Notes under the pieces: model-generated
What the model saw: only the letters and a program-made list of their open reading frames with translations
Databases searched by the model: none
What the model was told of the DNA's origin: nothing
Assembly (NCBI GenBank): GCA_000708835.1
Contig: DF236982.1
Coordinates: 124,001-188,000, forward strand
Length of the DNA: 64,000 nt
Reading direction: 5' to 3'
Origin: Klebsormidium nitens
Taxonomy: Eukaryota > Plantae > Klebsormidiophyceae
In this document: positions 54,001-64,000 of the stretch, in pieces
Layout of the letters: every line of letters starts with the position of its first letter
Position numbering within the stretch: the stretch's first letter is position 1
Position numbers and translations under genes: made by a program

Positions 54001-57000
54001 CATTTGCTCACCGTATCGCGGAACGACGAGGCGACGTAGTCCAGGCCCAACTGCAGCGGTGGCGGATCCGCATCGGATACCGAGATTTTGGGCAGCCACG
54101 CCAAGTAATAGGGGTTCAGATTGTCGAAATCGTCATTCAGGCTCTCTGCGAATGGTCAACAGATCCACGTCAGCACACCTGCCTGAAGGATGAGCTAAGC
54201 TCTGGCAGGGCCACACGTATTCCGAGTATGCGTTTCTGGAAACGCACCTGGAAAACCGCCAAGAATCTTTTCATGACTGCAGCCGAACCTTTAAAAGAGT
54301 TCAGGCTGATTGTTCTGTGAATGGATTCAAACAAACTCGAGGCTTGCACTGGTCGATCCTTAGACTCACACCGACTCAATGTTTGCTTTCAAACAAGGCG
54401 ATCCGCGTAACCACCTGTAATAAACATGAAGCTAGGGCTTTAACACACGCTCTGGTTCCTATTGATGTTGCTCGCCTCCTGAATGATCCAGACACCCCTT
54501 TGTCAAGGAGCCATCCACAGGAGCCAGTCAACGTCTCATCCGGGCTTTACTCAGCCTCCATCTGCGTCGTCCTGGGTGCATCCATTCGTTTCTACATACG
54601 ACGCCTCGACGGCAGATTCTTATTGCTTAACCGATTAAGTTGAAAGGTCTTTCTGTCACGCTTAGACTGGGTCGATTAAGAATGCAAATAAAGGAAAGGG
54701 GACCTTGTTTCGTTGGGACTTCAACCAGGATCGACCTGAGAAGCAGGGCTCGATCGTACTAACGCCCTTTGCCCTTTGTAGGAAGCGCGCGCTCACCTCT
54801 AAGCACGAGCTCCAAGGCCGGGTCTACTGGCACACGCGTGTAGCTCTTTATCTGCTTAAAGCTGTAGAGCCGCTTATCGATCGTTTCAAGCATCCTCTCG
54901 TAGATCCAGTTCGTCTTGGACATGAGCGCGCTCCGCGCGCCCGCCCCGCCCGCGCGCAAGGCGTCGACCGGCCTCTCCCCGCGCGCGTACAGCCCCCCCC
55001 CGACTCCGCACGCCGCGAGAAACCGCGCGGCGCGCGTCGCGGCGAAGCCGACGATGGGGTCCGCGTCGGGGAAGCGCTGGAAGCCGCCGGGCGCTTCCGC
55101 GAGCGCGCCCTCGAAGCCGCGCGCATACGCGCGCGCGGACTCGCGGATCGTCAGGAACTCGGTTTCTGTGGTGTTGAGCGCCAGCCGCGTAAGGGCCCAG
55201 CCCATCTGGCTGGACACGTCCCAGAGGCGAGCCCTGGGGTGCTGGACGCCGCCGTATGGTTGGCCGACACGTGGCACGTGCCCAACAAGCACCAGCTTCT
55301 TTGCGTCTCCAACTTCGTTCAAGCCGCGCAGGAAGCCGGGGCCGTACAGGTTCACGTCGAAGACGATGCCGGATTCCGCTTTGCCCCTGGAGCAGCGGAA
55401 CGAGAGCAGGCGATTGGTTGTATGATTGGAACGCTTGTTGAAGATCAGGGGTGATTTGACATAAGCGCCTCGTCCCTGGCGTCGGAGAAGGGGAACAGAG
55501 ATACGACCGCAATTGAAGGATGCCGGTGACGCGGGTCGATGGAAATAGGGGACGGCGCGCAAGTAGTTGTAGAAACAAGGTCACGGGTCAGGGCGAAACG
55601 ATTTTCTGAGACATGTTGAAGGAGAAAATGTTGTTCAGCATGCTGTCGTCTACAAGGCAGCCGCAAATTATGCGAATCAACACGTTATCTCGCGGCAGGG
55701 GCGCTGCTTCGCAGCGGTCAGTGACGCATGCAACAAACAAAAGGTCGGCAAAGGAATTGCGAAGTCCAACAGCCAAAGGAGGGAATTATCACATGTTGAT
55801 TGGGCTTTACCAAGCGAGAGCTCCCGCGTTCTTTTTTCGATGGTGTCCAAGCATATCGCTCCATCACCAGTCTGGCTTGGAATCATTTATCTTAAATCCA
55901 GCGAGACCAAGGCTTCCGACCAGAGAGTCCATCGACGCTCCTTGAAAAGGCTCGAAAATCGTCGAGCCCGGACCGTGAAGGGCAACGATCGTACAAAGAA
56001 GGAAAATTTCAGATACCATTGAATCCCTAGATATTTTATACGATTTTCGGGACCGGCTTGTCCAGCTTGTTCAAGGATCGCAGGAATAAAAGACAAGCCA
56101 GAGGCCGCCTTGGGCCCAGTGTTTTGAAGCGACGTCCTTAACGCTCGGTTTGGTCATTCCGGCTCGTAAACTCAACCCCATTTGAGCCAATCGTTGGTAA
56201 ATTGTTCCGTCCAGTGGGCTGTAGCCGACTGATCCAGGTATGCGATTTCTGCACGCTGCAACACGTTCCTGAATCACGTAACTAGCCACACTGCAGTAGA
56301 CTTGATCAGGCGGCCGGTTTTGACAAAGTGTGCAACAAGACCCTGCGGCACATTGGTCAAAGCATTCCGCCTCACCAGCGGTCTCGGAAGAAACGATTGA
56401 AAATGCCGACGGCCTCCCCGGCATGGACTCCCCTCCAGACCGGTACGTCGATGTCGGACGTGCGGACCGAGGAACCGGACGGCTCCTCGAACCCCAGCTC
56501 CGGGTCACGCGGCACCTCTGGGAGGACCATGTTGTACCAGATTTTGCGCCACTCATAGTTGCGGTACGCTATCAGCAGGTCCATAAACCTTCCGGTGTCC
56601 TTCTCGTTCTTTCCGCCCAGCAGGGCCTTCTTGCAGACCTCCCAACTGCAGGGGAAGATTCGTGGTATCACAATGTTGGGTTTGCGGAGAAGAACGTATG
56701 GAAGCTTGCCATTTTGAATCAATCATGCTCAAATGGAAGCACTCTTTAATCTGCGGAATTTTGACGCAGTCGAACGCTTCTTTTGAGACTGCTCGTCGGG
56801 ACTCCTCCTCTTTTCTTCTTTTCCTTTCTCGCCATTAGTCTTGGAAGTCCATCTTCTGTGTAGGAGCATTTCCGCTGTTATCATTAACCTGATCACACCA
56901 TCTGAAGCAAGCAAGCGCAGGATCTGATCTTCATCTCTCCGCGAAATCAAAAACGAAAAAGCTTGCTTTACTGTCAAGCGCCGACAAGGATCTCTCCAAA

Positions 57001-60000
57001 ACAAGAATTCCGTCGTCACTGTCGGTATTAGGCAAAGCACTGTCGAAGGCTGAAAATCCGAGCGCCCCTTATCTGGGAGCCGTCAGCCTAGCTTTCTTAC
57101 CTGTTCTCAAATATCGACTCCATGACTCCTTTGCAACCATCCAACGCCGTCCGGATCTGACGCTCCTCCTCCCAAGCATCCACGAATTCGGGAGACATGT
57201 TCACAAGATCGGTCAGCTGTTTCGCCGCGTCATCAATCCTCTTCTTCTCCCTCTCCAAGTATTCGGCTTGACCTTCACCCCGGCAGATCTCCGCGATATT
57301 GTTGATCCTGTCTGAACTAACGTCACGTGAGCGCCCGCCTAAAAGCCGAAACACGTCGAAGTCAGGGGTCCGTTTTACCGGCAACTCGAGACTTCCCCCC
57401 CTGGCGACCAAAAGCGCCCCGATCTGCTGCGCGGCCTCCCAGCCGAGCGGCCCCGCCAGTCCGTACAAGTCCGCCGCCAACACGTCCTCTTCTTCGCTCC
57501 GTCCGATCGTTGCTCGGACGAGCTCGGACGCTGCTTCTCCCGCGTCCGAATTTTCGGACACGGCCTCCACGTACGTGATCAGGCCGTTCACGGTGTCCGC
57601 GTTCCAGCGGTCCGGGGGGTTCCCCGACGCGCCTTCGGGCGTCCGAAGGAACGACTCAAAGCCGACCAGCTGCCAAGCGGCGAAGATCAGCTCCCGGGAG
57701 CTTGCCCGGGGCAGGCAGAGGGCCAGGAGCGCGCCAAAGAGGCGCAGGCGGTCGGGCTCGGTAAGCGATCCCGAGCGCGCGGCGCGCGCGATGTCGAGAC
57801 CCACCTGCGCAGGGGAAGGGGGTTTCGAGGAAGTTTGCGAGAGGTATGTTGACCGCAGCGCGATTCTGCTTTCTGGTTGAAGAAGCATTTCACGTTTTGG
57901 ATAAGGCGACCACATGTGCAGAAAAAGAGACTGATGACAATGAACATTCAATTCCAGCGCTTAAAGCCGCTGCAAGTTATCATCTGATCTCGAATGCTGC
58001 CAAGCACCTAAGAGGTCTTTCAGAAGAGTCCGCGGAAGTCAGCTGGGAGCAAGCAGAAAAGATTGGCTGGTTTGAAGTACGCTGAGTTGGGAGCTGATTC
58101 GGAAGACGGATCCGCTGCACAACGCACAAGTGCAAGCAGACGGTAATATCCACAATTGATCGGCCGTCTAGTCGCCTACGGAAACCCGAGGCGGAACCGG
58201 AACGGCCAACCAACCTGTACGCCCTGGATGCTCCCTGTGAGCGCGAGTATTCCCCCCAGCAGTTCCTTCTCCCGGGGGTGTTCCCCGACCAGTCCTACAA
58301 CCGGGGTCTCCACGTTGGAACCAAGCGCGCGCATCTGGTCGGTACCCGCGGAAGGTTCCCAGGGGGGGACGGCGGTGCGGCCCATGACTTCGCCGAACCA
58401 GAACCCCGCGCCGCCTTTCTCGGCGATGAGGGAGGCGACGAACGAACGGCGGGCGGCGTCTTCGTCGATCTCGCTGGAAACAGAAAGGCGCTGTTTGTGT
58501 GCTCGTGGTGACGACCAGAGTTACTGGGGGCTCAAACAAAGGCAAGCAAGGACTAATTCTGAAAGTTCCGCTGTTTGCTGGATATTCATGGGGAAAGGTC
58601 CGAAAGCCACCGTTGTCTGGCTAGGCTCAGACTTAAATCGAAAGTCGGAGCATTCAAAGTTGTCAGGGGCCATTGCTTCTGGGCTGTATGAAACTGAACC
58701 CGTGATCCATCGCTAAGATTTTTACACCAGGCTTCACGGTCGGGGCCAGTGCTTGGATTTGGGGAACGACTTTAGCGATGAGTCCGGTTTGACACCATCG
58801 ACACCTCAGAAAGCATTAACGGAGAAGTGCAAAGCCATGGGATGGGCATTCTCGCAAGGCTCAGATGGTAGAATTTGGAAGTTGCGTGTACCTAGTTCCA
58901 AAGAGACAAGCCAATAACGCTCAAATGGAGACTGAGGGATACAATTTGTTACCCGGCAAACTTGACAAGAAAGTCGTTGTGCGCCGCCACCTTCGCAACG
59001 AGTTCCTCGTCCCACGCGAGAAACGCGGGCGGGCTGGTAACCTTCTTTCCCGCTGACATTCCGGTCGCCAGAGGGCTCAGCGCTCCGTTTGCCAAAGCGG
59101 GAGGCGCTCCGTTCGCCGTCCCGTTCGCCGTTCCGGCCGCTGATCCGTCTCCCATTCCGTTCGCCGATCCGCCCGGGGATTCATCCGGAATGTCTACGGG
59201 CGGCGGTCGCCCCGCGGCCGCGGCGTCATAAGCGTCCCAGAAGTCCAGGTCGTATGCGAGCCCCGTCGCAACGCCCAGAACGGAACGAACTAGCATGGGA
59301 TCGTTCAGCGGTGCGATCAGTGAGTAGATCGCAGCGTACGTCGAGTTGATGTCGGGAGAGTCTCTGGCGGGGGTGTTGAGCGCAGGGGTGCCAGCAGCCA
59401 CGCAGGCCTCCCCCCCGATGCGGCGGAGTTCCTCCCAAAGGACGGCACGTGCCTGGTCGAGGGAGCGGTCGACGCCGGGGACGGCGGCAATCACTCTCTG
59501 TAAGAACGAACGATAAAAGGATACAAGAGTATCAGATCTCAGATAGGATGTCGGAGAGAATATCATGTCAGCCCCTTCAGCTTCGTTGTCTTCTCATCGA
59601 ATTAAGAGAGAACAACGGAAGGAGCCTTGATCAGCGATCCGAAAAAGGACTGGCTAGATAGAGGGAAAGCAGATTGGCGAGAGATTTGCAGGCACGATCC
59701 AATTACTTCATAAAGGGAGGTTGCTCCTGCCGATGAAGTGCAAGCTCTGAAAGAGCTGAAAGAGCAGGCAGAACTTTGGACGGAAACCCTTGCTTTCTTT
59801 CATGAGGGCGTCTATAAGCATTTTCTACAGCGTTTCATCCGCGTAGCCAAGTGTTTCTAGCACTTTTTAGATTCTCCTACAGATGTGCTTTAACAATAAA
59901 GCCGCTTCGGAAGATCATCTTTCTCACCTGCAGATATGCGCTGACCCGCTCCGCCGCCGTGCCGGCTCCCGGGGGGGGCTCCAGCAGGTCCGCAGGGCCC

Positions 60001-63000
60001 CCCCGCGGTGTAAAGTCCGAACTGGCGGGGTCGCGGACGGTGTCCGTTGAAAGCCGTTCGAAGGCCCCCCCGCTGAGAATCTCCAGCAGAGCCCCGTCAC
60101 CTGCCAGCTGGGCGGCGGCCCTCAAACCCTTAAACCCTCCGGCCGCGAGCGCCCTCGCGTAAATCTGGAAAAACAAGTCAAGTGTTGATATGGAGTGAGC
60201 GCAAATGCTCTCGAGAATTCCACGGCTCTTTATTTTGTTGAAGAGAGGGAACGTTTTCTCTGCTCGACTGGAAGTTGGCTGGTGGTAAGTTGCACGTCGG
60301 TGCAAAGAATCGAGTTCCGAAGAAAGGGCTTCTCATCGACCAGAGACTCCTCGCGCTCCTGAGGTAAGGTTCAGTGCTAGCGTTTCAATGGATAACGACA
60401 CTTGTATGTGAACAATGTTTCCCGGTTGATTGTTGCGAAACTTCGCGAACTTTATCTCTGAGACTTCAAAAACTTCCACGCCAAGAACGTACCTGACAGG
60501 CGTCCCAGTCAAGGGCCGCCGGGGGTGGTGCGCCGTTCACTGCCTTCTTCCACTCCAGAATCGGATCCCGCCGTTTACCAGTCGTTGGGTTCTTCAACAT
60601 TCGCAAGTCTTCGGGCGACAATCCGCTCTGCGCCTCGAGCTTTCGAACCACCGCCGTCGAGTCCCCTTCTCCCGTGAGGGTGACGTCACGGCGTGTCGTC
60701 ACTGTGCTTGGGTTCGCGGCCGTTGGCAGATCGCGGGGGGAAGCGCTTCTTGTGAAGTTTCCTCCTGGGGGGGGTAGGAGCGGTAGAACCTCCCGCCCGC
60801 TTCCATTCTTGAGTTTGAAGATGGGCCGTTGGGTGAAGCGGCCCTTCTTCAGGCCCCCCTTGACGGCAATGATGACGTCACCGATGCGGGCAGTGTCCCC
60901 CCCGGAAGCGAGAAGCGTCCCGTAGAAGAAGTGGCTGAACGCTCCTACGGGGCCGCCGTTGATCGTGGCATCGGCGCTCGTCTGAGACTCCCTGCCAGGG
61001 GGTAAATCCTTGCGGTGTTTCTGCAATTGTGACGTCAGATCTCTTACTTGTTCTCAGGAGCTCGACCGATAGAACCGAAGAAAGGGGTGCAAATTAAAGG
61101 GTTGGAAGCCCTTGTTGAACCGGTAGTGGACACAAAGCCCCAGGTACCAGGGCAGGTAGAACGAGGAAAGGAAAGAGCACACTTGAAAGCCCTCACACAC
61201 TGCAGATGATGCTTGCTTAACGAAGACGGTCGACTCGTTCAGGGGGACCAAACCCCAGTTTGAGGGCCGGAACCATGTTCTGAGCCGTCCGATGAACTTC
61301 TCCTTCAATTGAACGGTCTAGATTTCGTTCTGGAGCGTCCAAAGCGCTGGGTGGACCTAAGGTTGGCTTGTGGATTGGGTCTAGTGGTTAGTTGTGCAGT
61401 TAGTTTACGCAATTCTGCCTGGATAACTCTCCTAACTAGCACAGTATAGCTCCTAAACCCCTTCTTGCCCCAACCCAAATTTCAAGAATTGCAAACAAGA
61501 CCTTTCGGAGGTTTGATTCCACCAAATTTTCGGACTAGAGGTTTGGCTGCTTGCACATGGTTCAGGATGCAAACCTATTCACCTGGGGTGTTTGGTCCCC
61601 CTGGACTCGTTCCAGGATTCAGAAATGCCTTTTGTGGCAGAACTGTCTAGGTCTCACCCGCAAGCTGACCACATGACCGGAATCTCAGCGGCTTTGCCGG
61701 TCGGGTCCAGAAGTCCTGTTCGGTTGTAGCTGGAAGCTGGGGGGACCGGGCCACGGGTCGAGCCTCCCTGCTCGCTCGCAAAGCTGAAGCTGATCTTCCG
61801 GTTGCGGAACGGCGGGGAGCCGGACTCCTCCAAAAGCCCCCGCTGACCGGAACCGGAACCTGGAGGCGAACGGGTACAACGTACCCTGACTTCAGATTCT
61901 AAGCAGTTTTATTGGTGTCTTCATACCCGTGACGAGGAACAATCAGGAACGCCTAGGTGGCGACTTGCCGCAAGCGGACGGGGGAGCGTCCGATGACAAG
62001 CAGTAGCACGGTTGCAGTTCTCGTGGAGCGCGCACTACGAAATCAGAAAATAATCCCTAATTAAGTCTCCGAGTCAGGTTTTTTGCGCGGACGTTTAAAG
62101 CAGTCAAGAGGCGTAGAAAATTTCAAGACGACAAAGCAAAGCGGGAAAGTCTTGCTTCCGAAACTCTTCAATTCGTTACGCTGCACTTGGATGCCTCCGA
62201 TTTGAACCACTGCAGGAGATGCTGACAAGTGCTTTGCCAGCTCGGCCCAAATCAAGCGGCCAAGCTAGAGCAAAATAACATTCCTCATTTGTGAAAATTG
62301 AGAGGAATGATTTACCCGGGGAGTCGTCCCCTGAGTGGCAGCAGTCTAGAACGACGACGCCCCACACTCCGGGGCGGAAGTTGTGGATCAGGTCCTTGAA
62401 CTCCTCCTGTCCAATGTAGTTGTCAAAGCCGTCGTTTTTGGACACCTTCACGTCCGAAGGGCAAAGGATCTCCTTCAGCCCGTCCCATTCTTCACCGGTT
62501 GAGTCTGGGGCCTGGATTATAAAGAAACTTACGGTCCTCAGAAGGTGCCAGGTTTATATATTTGGACTTTATTTTGAACTTCTCACCGAGGTTGCAACAG
62601 ATTGTTTGACTATCTAAAAGCCTTTAGGTTGTCCAATGACACTACCTGCATGTTCTTTCTCACTGCAGCCGGCCCTTTCAAGTTCTTTGCATGGATTATA
62701 GAGAGCTGCGCTGCTGCTGCAAGTATTACCAAAATGGAACACAAGGAGCTGGTCAAATTCAAGGAGGAGCCAACCGAAAAAAGCTTGAAGTCTGGACTCC
62801 GATCTTTGAACTTTGAAAATGGATTGAACTTCTTCCATGATTTGCCTTGGTAGGATTGCACGCACGCAGATCCAAGCAAAGAAACTTGGCTGAGATTCAA
62901 GGCAAACAGATCCAAAGCTGAAGAATATGTATGAATGCCTGCATTTTTTGAAAGTACAAGTCTCGAAGCAAGGGGACCAGGTTGAAGGCAGTGTCTATAT

Positions 63001-63640
63001 CTGCATAAGGCATGACGTCATGGTGGCTGCATGGATTCTAGGGGTACTCTATCTCTGTAAGAGGCGTTACCTGAGCGCCATGGCCACTGCAAAAGGGAGA
63101 AGACGGCTTCTGTTAGTAGCAGACAGCAGGATAATGCAGCACAAGCTCAGTGCAGCTTGAACCTCCATCTTCATCAAGAAGAGCATACAACGTTGAATGG
63201 CAAGCTGACATTTGTTTCATCTACTCTTACTTTGGAACCAGATCGGAGCAGCCAGAACGTACCAGCGTCATGCACCTCACAGACACGATGATAGTCCCTC
63301 AAACAGGCGCTCTTACTGGCAGAGCCCGAATGCAACAATCAGGCAAACAAGCACCTGGTCCATTAAGCTGGCCTTTGTGAGTATGATTATACCTTCAATT
63401 TTACGAGGGGGGTGTCACTGTGCAGAAAACACTTTTTTTTTGGGCGCTTCTCAGAAGTTCAGGGCCCTTTTACCGTCCCCTCTTCCCATCCCTAAATGTC
63501 AGTCCAGGCTCTCACCTATAGTGAAAGTATGCAATATCCCCCTCCTCGCTGTCTTCAACGAGCTGGTTCAGGTACCGCAGAATGTTAGCTTTTGTTGGCA
63601 GCGCTTGTGGCCGCGAGAAGGGGCCCGCATCTGCTAACAC
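48014..63640 (-). CDS. Giant metacaspase (peptidase C14) fusion protein, 5'-partial, 19 exons, at least 1855 aa; N-terminal caspase domain plus long uncharacterised C-terminal region
   Basis: Exons (minus strand, all GT-AG, phases compatible): 63640-63516, 63086-63071, 62511-62316, 61859-61658, 60991-60493, 60164-59928, 59497-58953, 58473-58215, 57804-57101, 56645-56376, 55386-54797, 54145-54012, 53120-52896, 52644-52192, 51324-51172, 50340-50209, 49731-49575, 49361-49248, 48570-48014. They sum to 5568 nt (1856 codons including the stop) in one frame. The spliced N-terminus reads LPTKANILRYLNQLVEDSEEGDIAYFHYSGHGAQAPDSTGEEWDGLKEILCPSD...VVVLDCCHSG...MWSACGESQTSADATINGGPVGAFSHFF...FTQRP, which are canonical metacaspase p20/p10 motifs. 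The start codon lies beyond the window. The 3' end may extend past a possible donor at 48105. Confidence 0.85.
51040..51190 (-). repeat. 61-62 bp tandem triplication of an exon 3' end and donor site in the metacaspase-fusion gene
   Basis: 'ggac.gctcccag|gtacg' occurs three times, giving potential exon ends at 51172, 51110 and 51049. Confidence 0.85.
51985..52161. mobile_element. 177-bp MITE-like element with long terminal inverted repeats and a G-rich core
   Basis: Left end tcttcaatttagcaatagtaagc(tttagcaatagtaagctc) and right end (gagcttactattgctagg)gcttactattgctaaattgaaga form a perfect 23-bp inverted repeat, plus an internal repeated subunit. It lies in an intron. No target-site duplication is evident. 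Confidence 0.75.
53133..53989. repeat. About 175-bp direct repeats (53133-53306 and 53811-53989) at the two ends of one intron
   Basis: Both copies read aaggtttggctgctaa.caggttta.taacca.acttt.gtgtggttctttgaccaataa…agctttgaaccagcccgta…atcc.tgtg. An 18-nt reverse-complement match lies at 8569-8586 in the paralog. Confidence 0.8.
60800..63640 (-). other. Metacaspase catalytic domain (His-Cys dyad) encoded across five exons
   Basis: Catalytic His is in the 16-nt exon 63086-63071 (GHGAQ). Catalytic Cys is in DCCHSG of exon 62511-62316. p10 motifs SAC, QTSAD, GAF and QRP are in exons 61859-61658 and 60991-60493. Confidence 0.9.
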
Positions 63641-64000
63641 CTGCAGCATTACAGAAGACCAAACATGTTCAGAGGAACAACTGTAAGCAATGCTTTGATT
63701 GCATCATCAGCATTCTGAGCTGCACGCATTGCTGCACTGAGAGCCGCGCTAAGTCCAACAATCTCATATCAAGCAGCCTCAAAGTAGGGCAGAATGTGGT
63801 AAGACTGCAGTCATCCCCCACACAGACTAGATCCTTGACAATGGTTCATTTGTGCTCATGTTGGAGCTCGTTCTTGGCCAGAACAAAAGGCAATATTGGA
63901 GGTAGAATGATCCCTCATTGAAGCTCAAATACCAAAATACGCCTCCCCACTTAAGCTTGTGTAATTGCAATGTACTCAGCATTCCATGCCTTCAAAGATC

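Noticed and set aside
60124-60138. Telomeric AAACCCT repeats
   Set aside because: Only two units, and they lie inside a coding exon (GGFKGL on the minus strand).
61054-61308. Extra exon or ORF (MKEKFIGRL…) within the metacaspase gene
   Set aside because: SACG joins directly to ESQTSAD across this region as in other metacaspases, so it is intronic.

Overview
Eukaryotic, intron-rich DNA with GC-rich exons and GT-AG introns. The plant-type genes point to a streptophyte green alga such as Klebsormidium (inference, not proven). Hand splicing resolves most of the listed short ORFs into six multi-exon genes or relics plus one single-exon gene. (1) A 5'-partial minus-strand gene (<63640..48014, 19 exons, at least 1855 aa in the window). 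It has an intact metacaspase domain (HYSGHG, DCCHSG, SAC..QTSAD) fused to about 1600 aa with no domain I recognise. (2) A diverged paralog of the same gene on the plus strand (<1..11183), with 12 introns at the same positions and phases. The two copies converge on, and bracket, the rest of the locus. (3) A DHRS7-like SDR (28328..12901, minus) with a 9.8 kb intron. (4) A decayed HEN1 duplicate. (5) An intronless GT61-like glycosyltransferase, head-to-head with (6) a core alpha-1,3-fucosyltransferase (GT10). (7) A full-length plant-type HEN1 small-RNA 2'-O-methyltransferase. Non-coding features include a G-rich MITE-like family, a 37-bp-stem hairpin, and several tandem duplications that copy splice sites. 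The best candidate for an undescribed system is the giant metacaspase-fusion gene pair. All exon models were made by eye and need RNA-seq confirmation.
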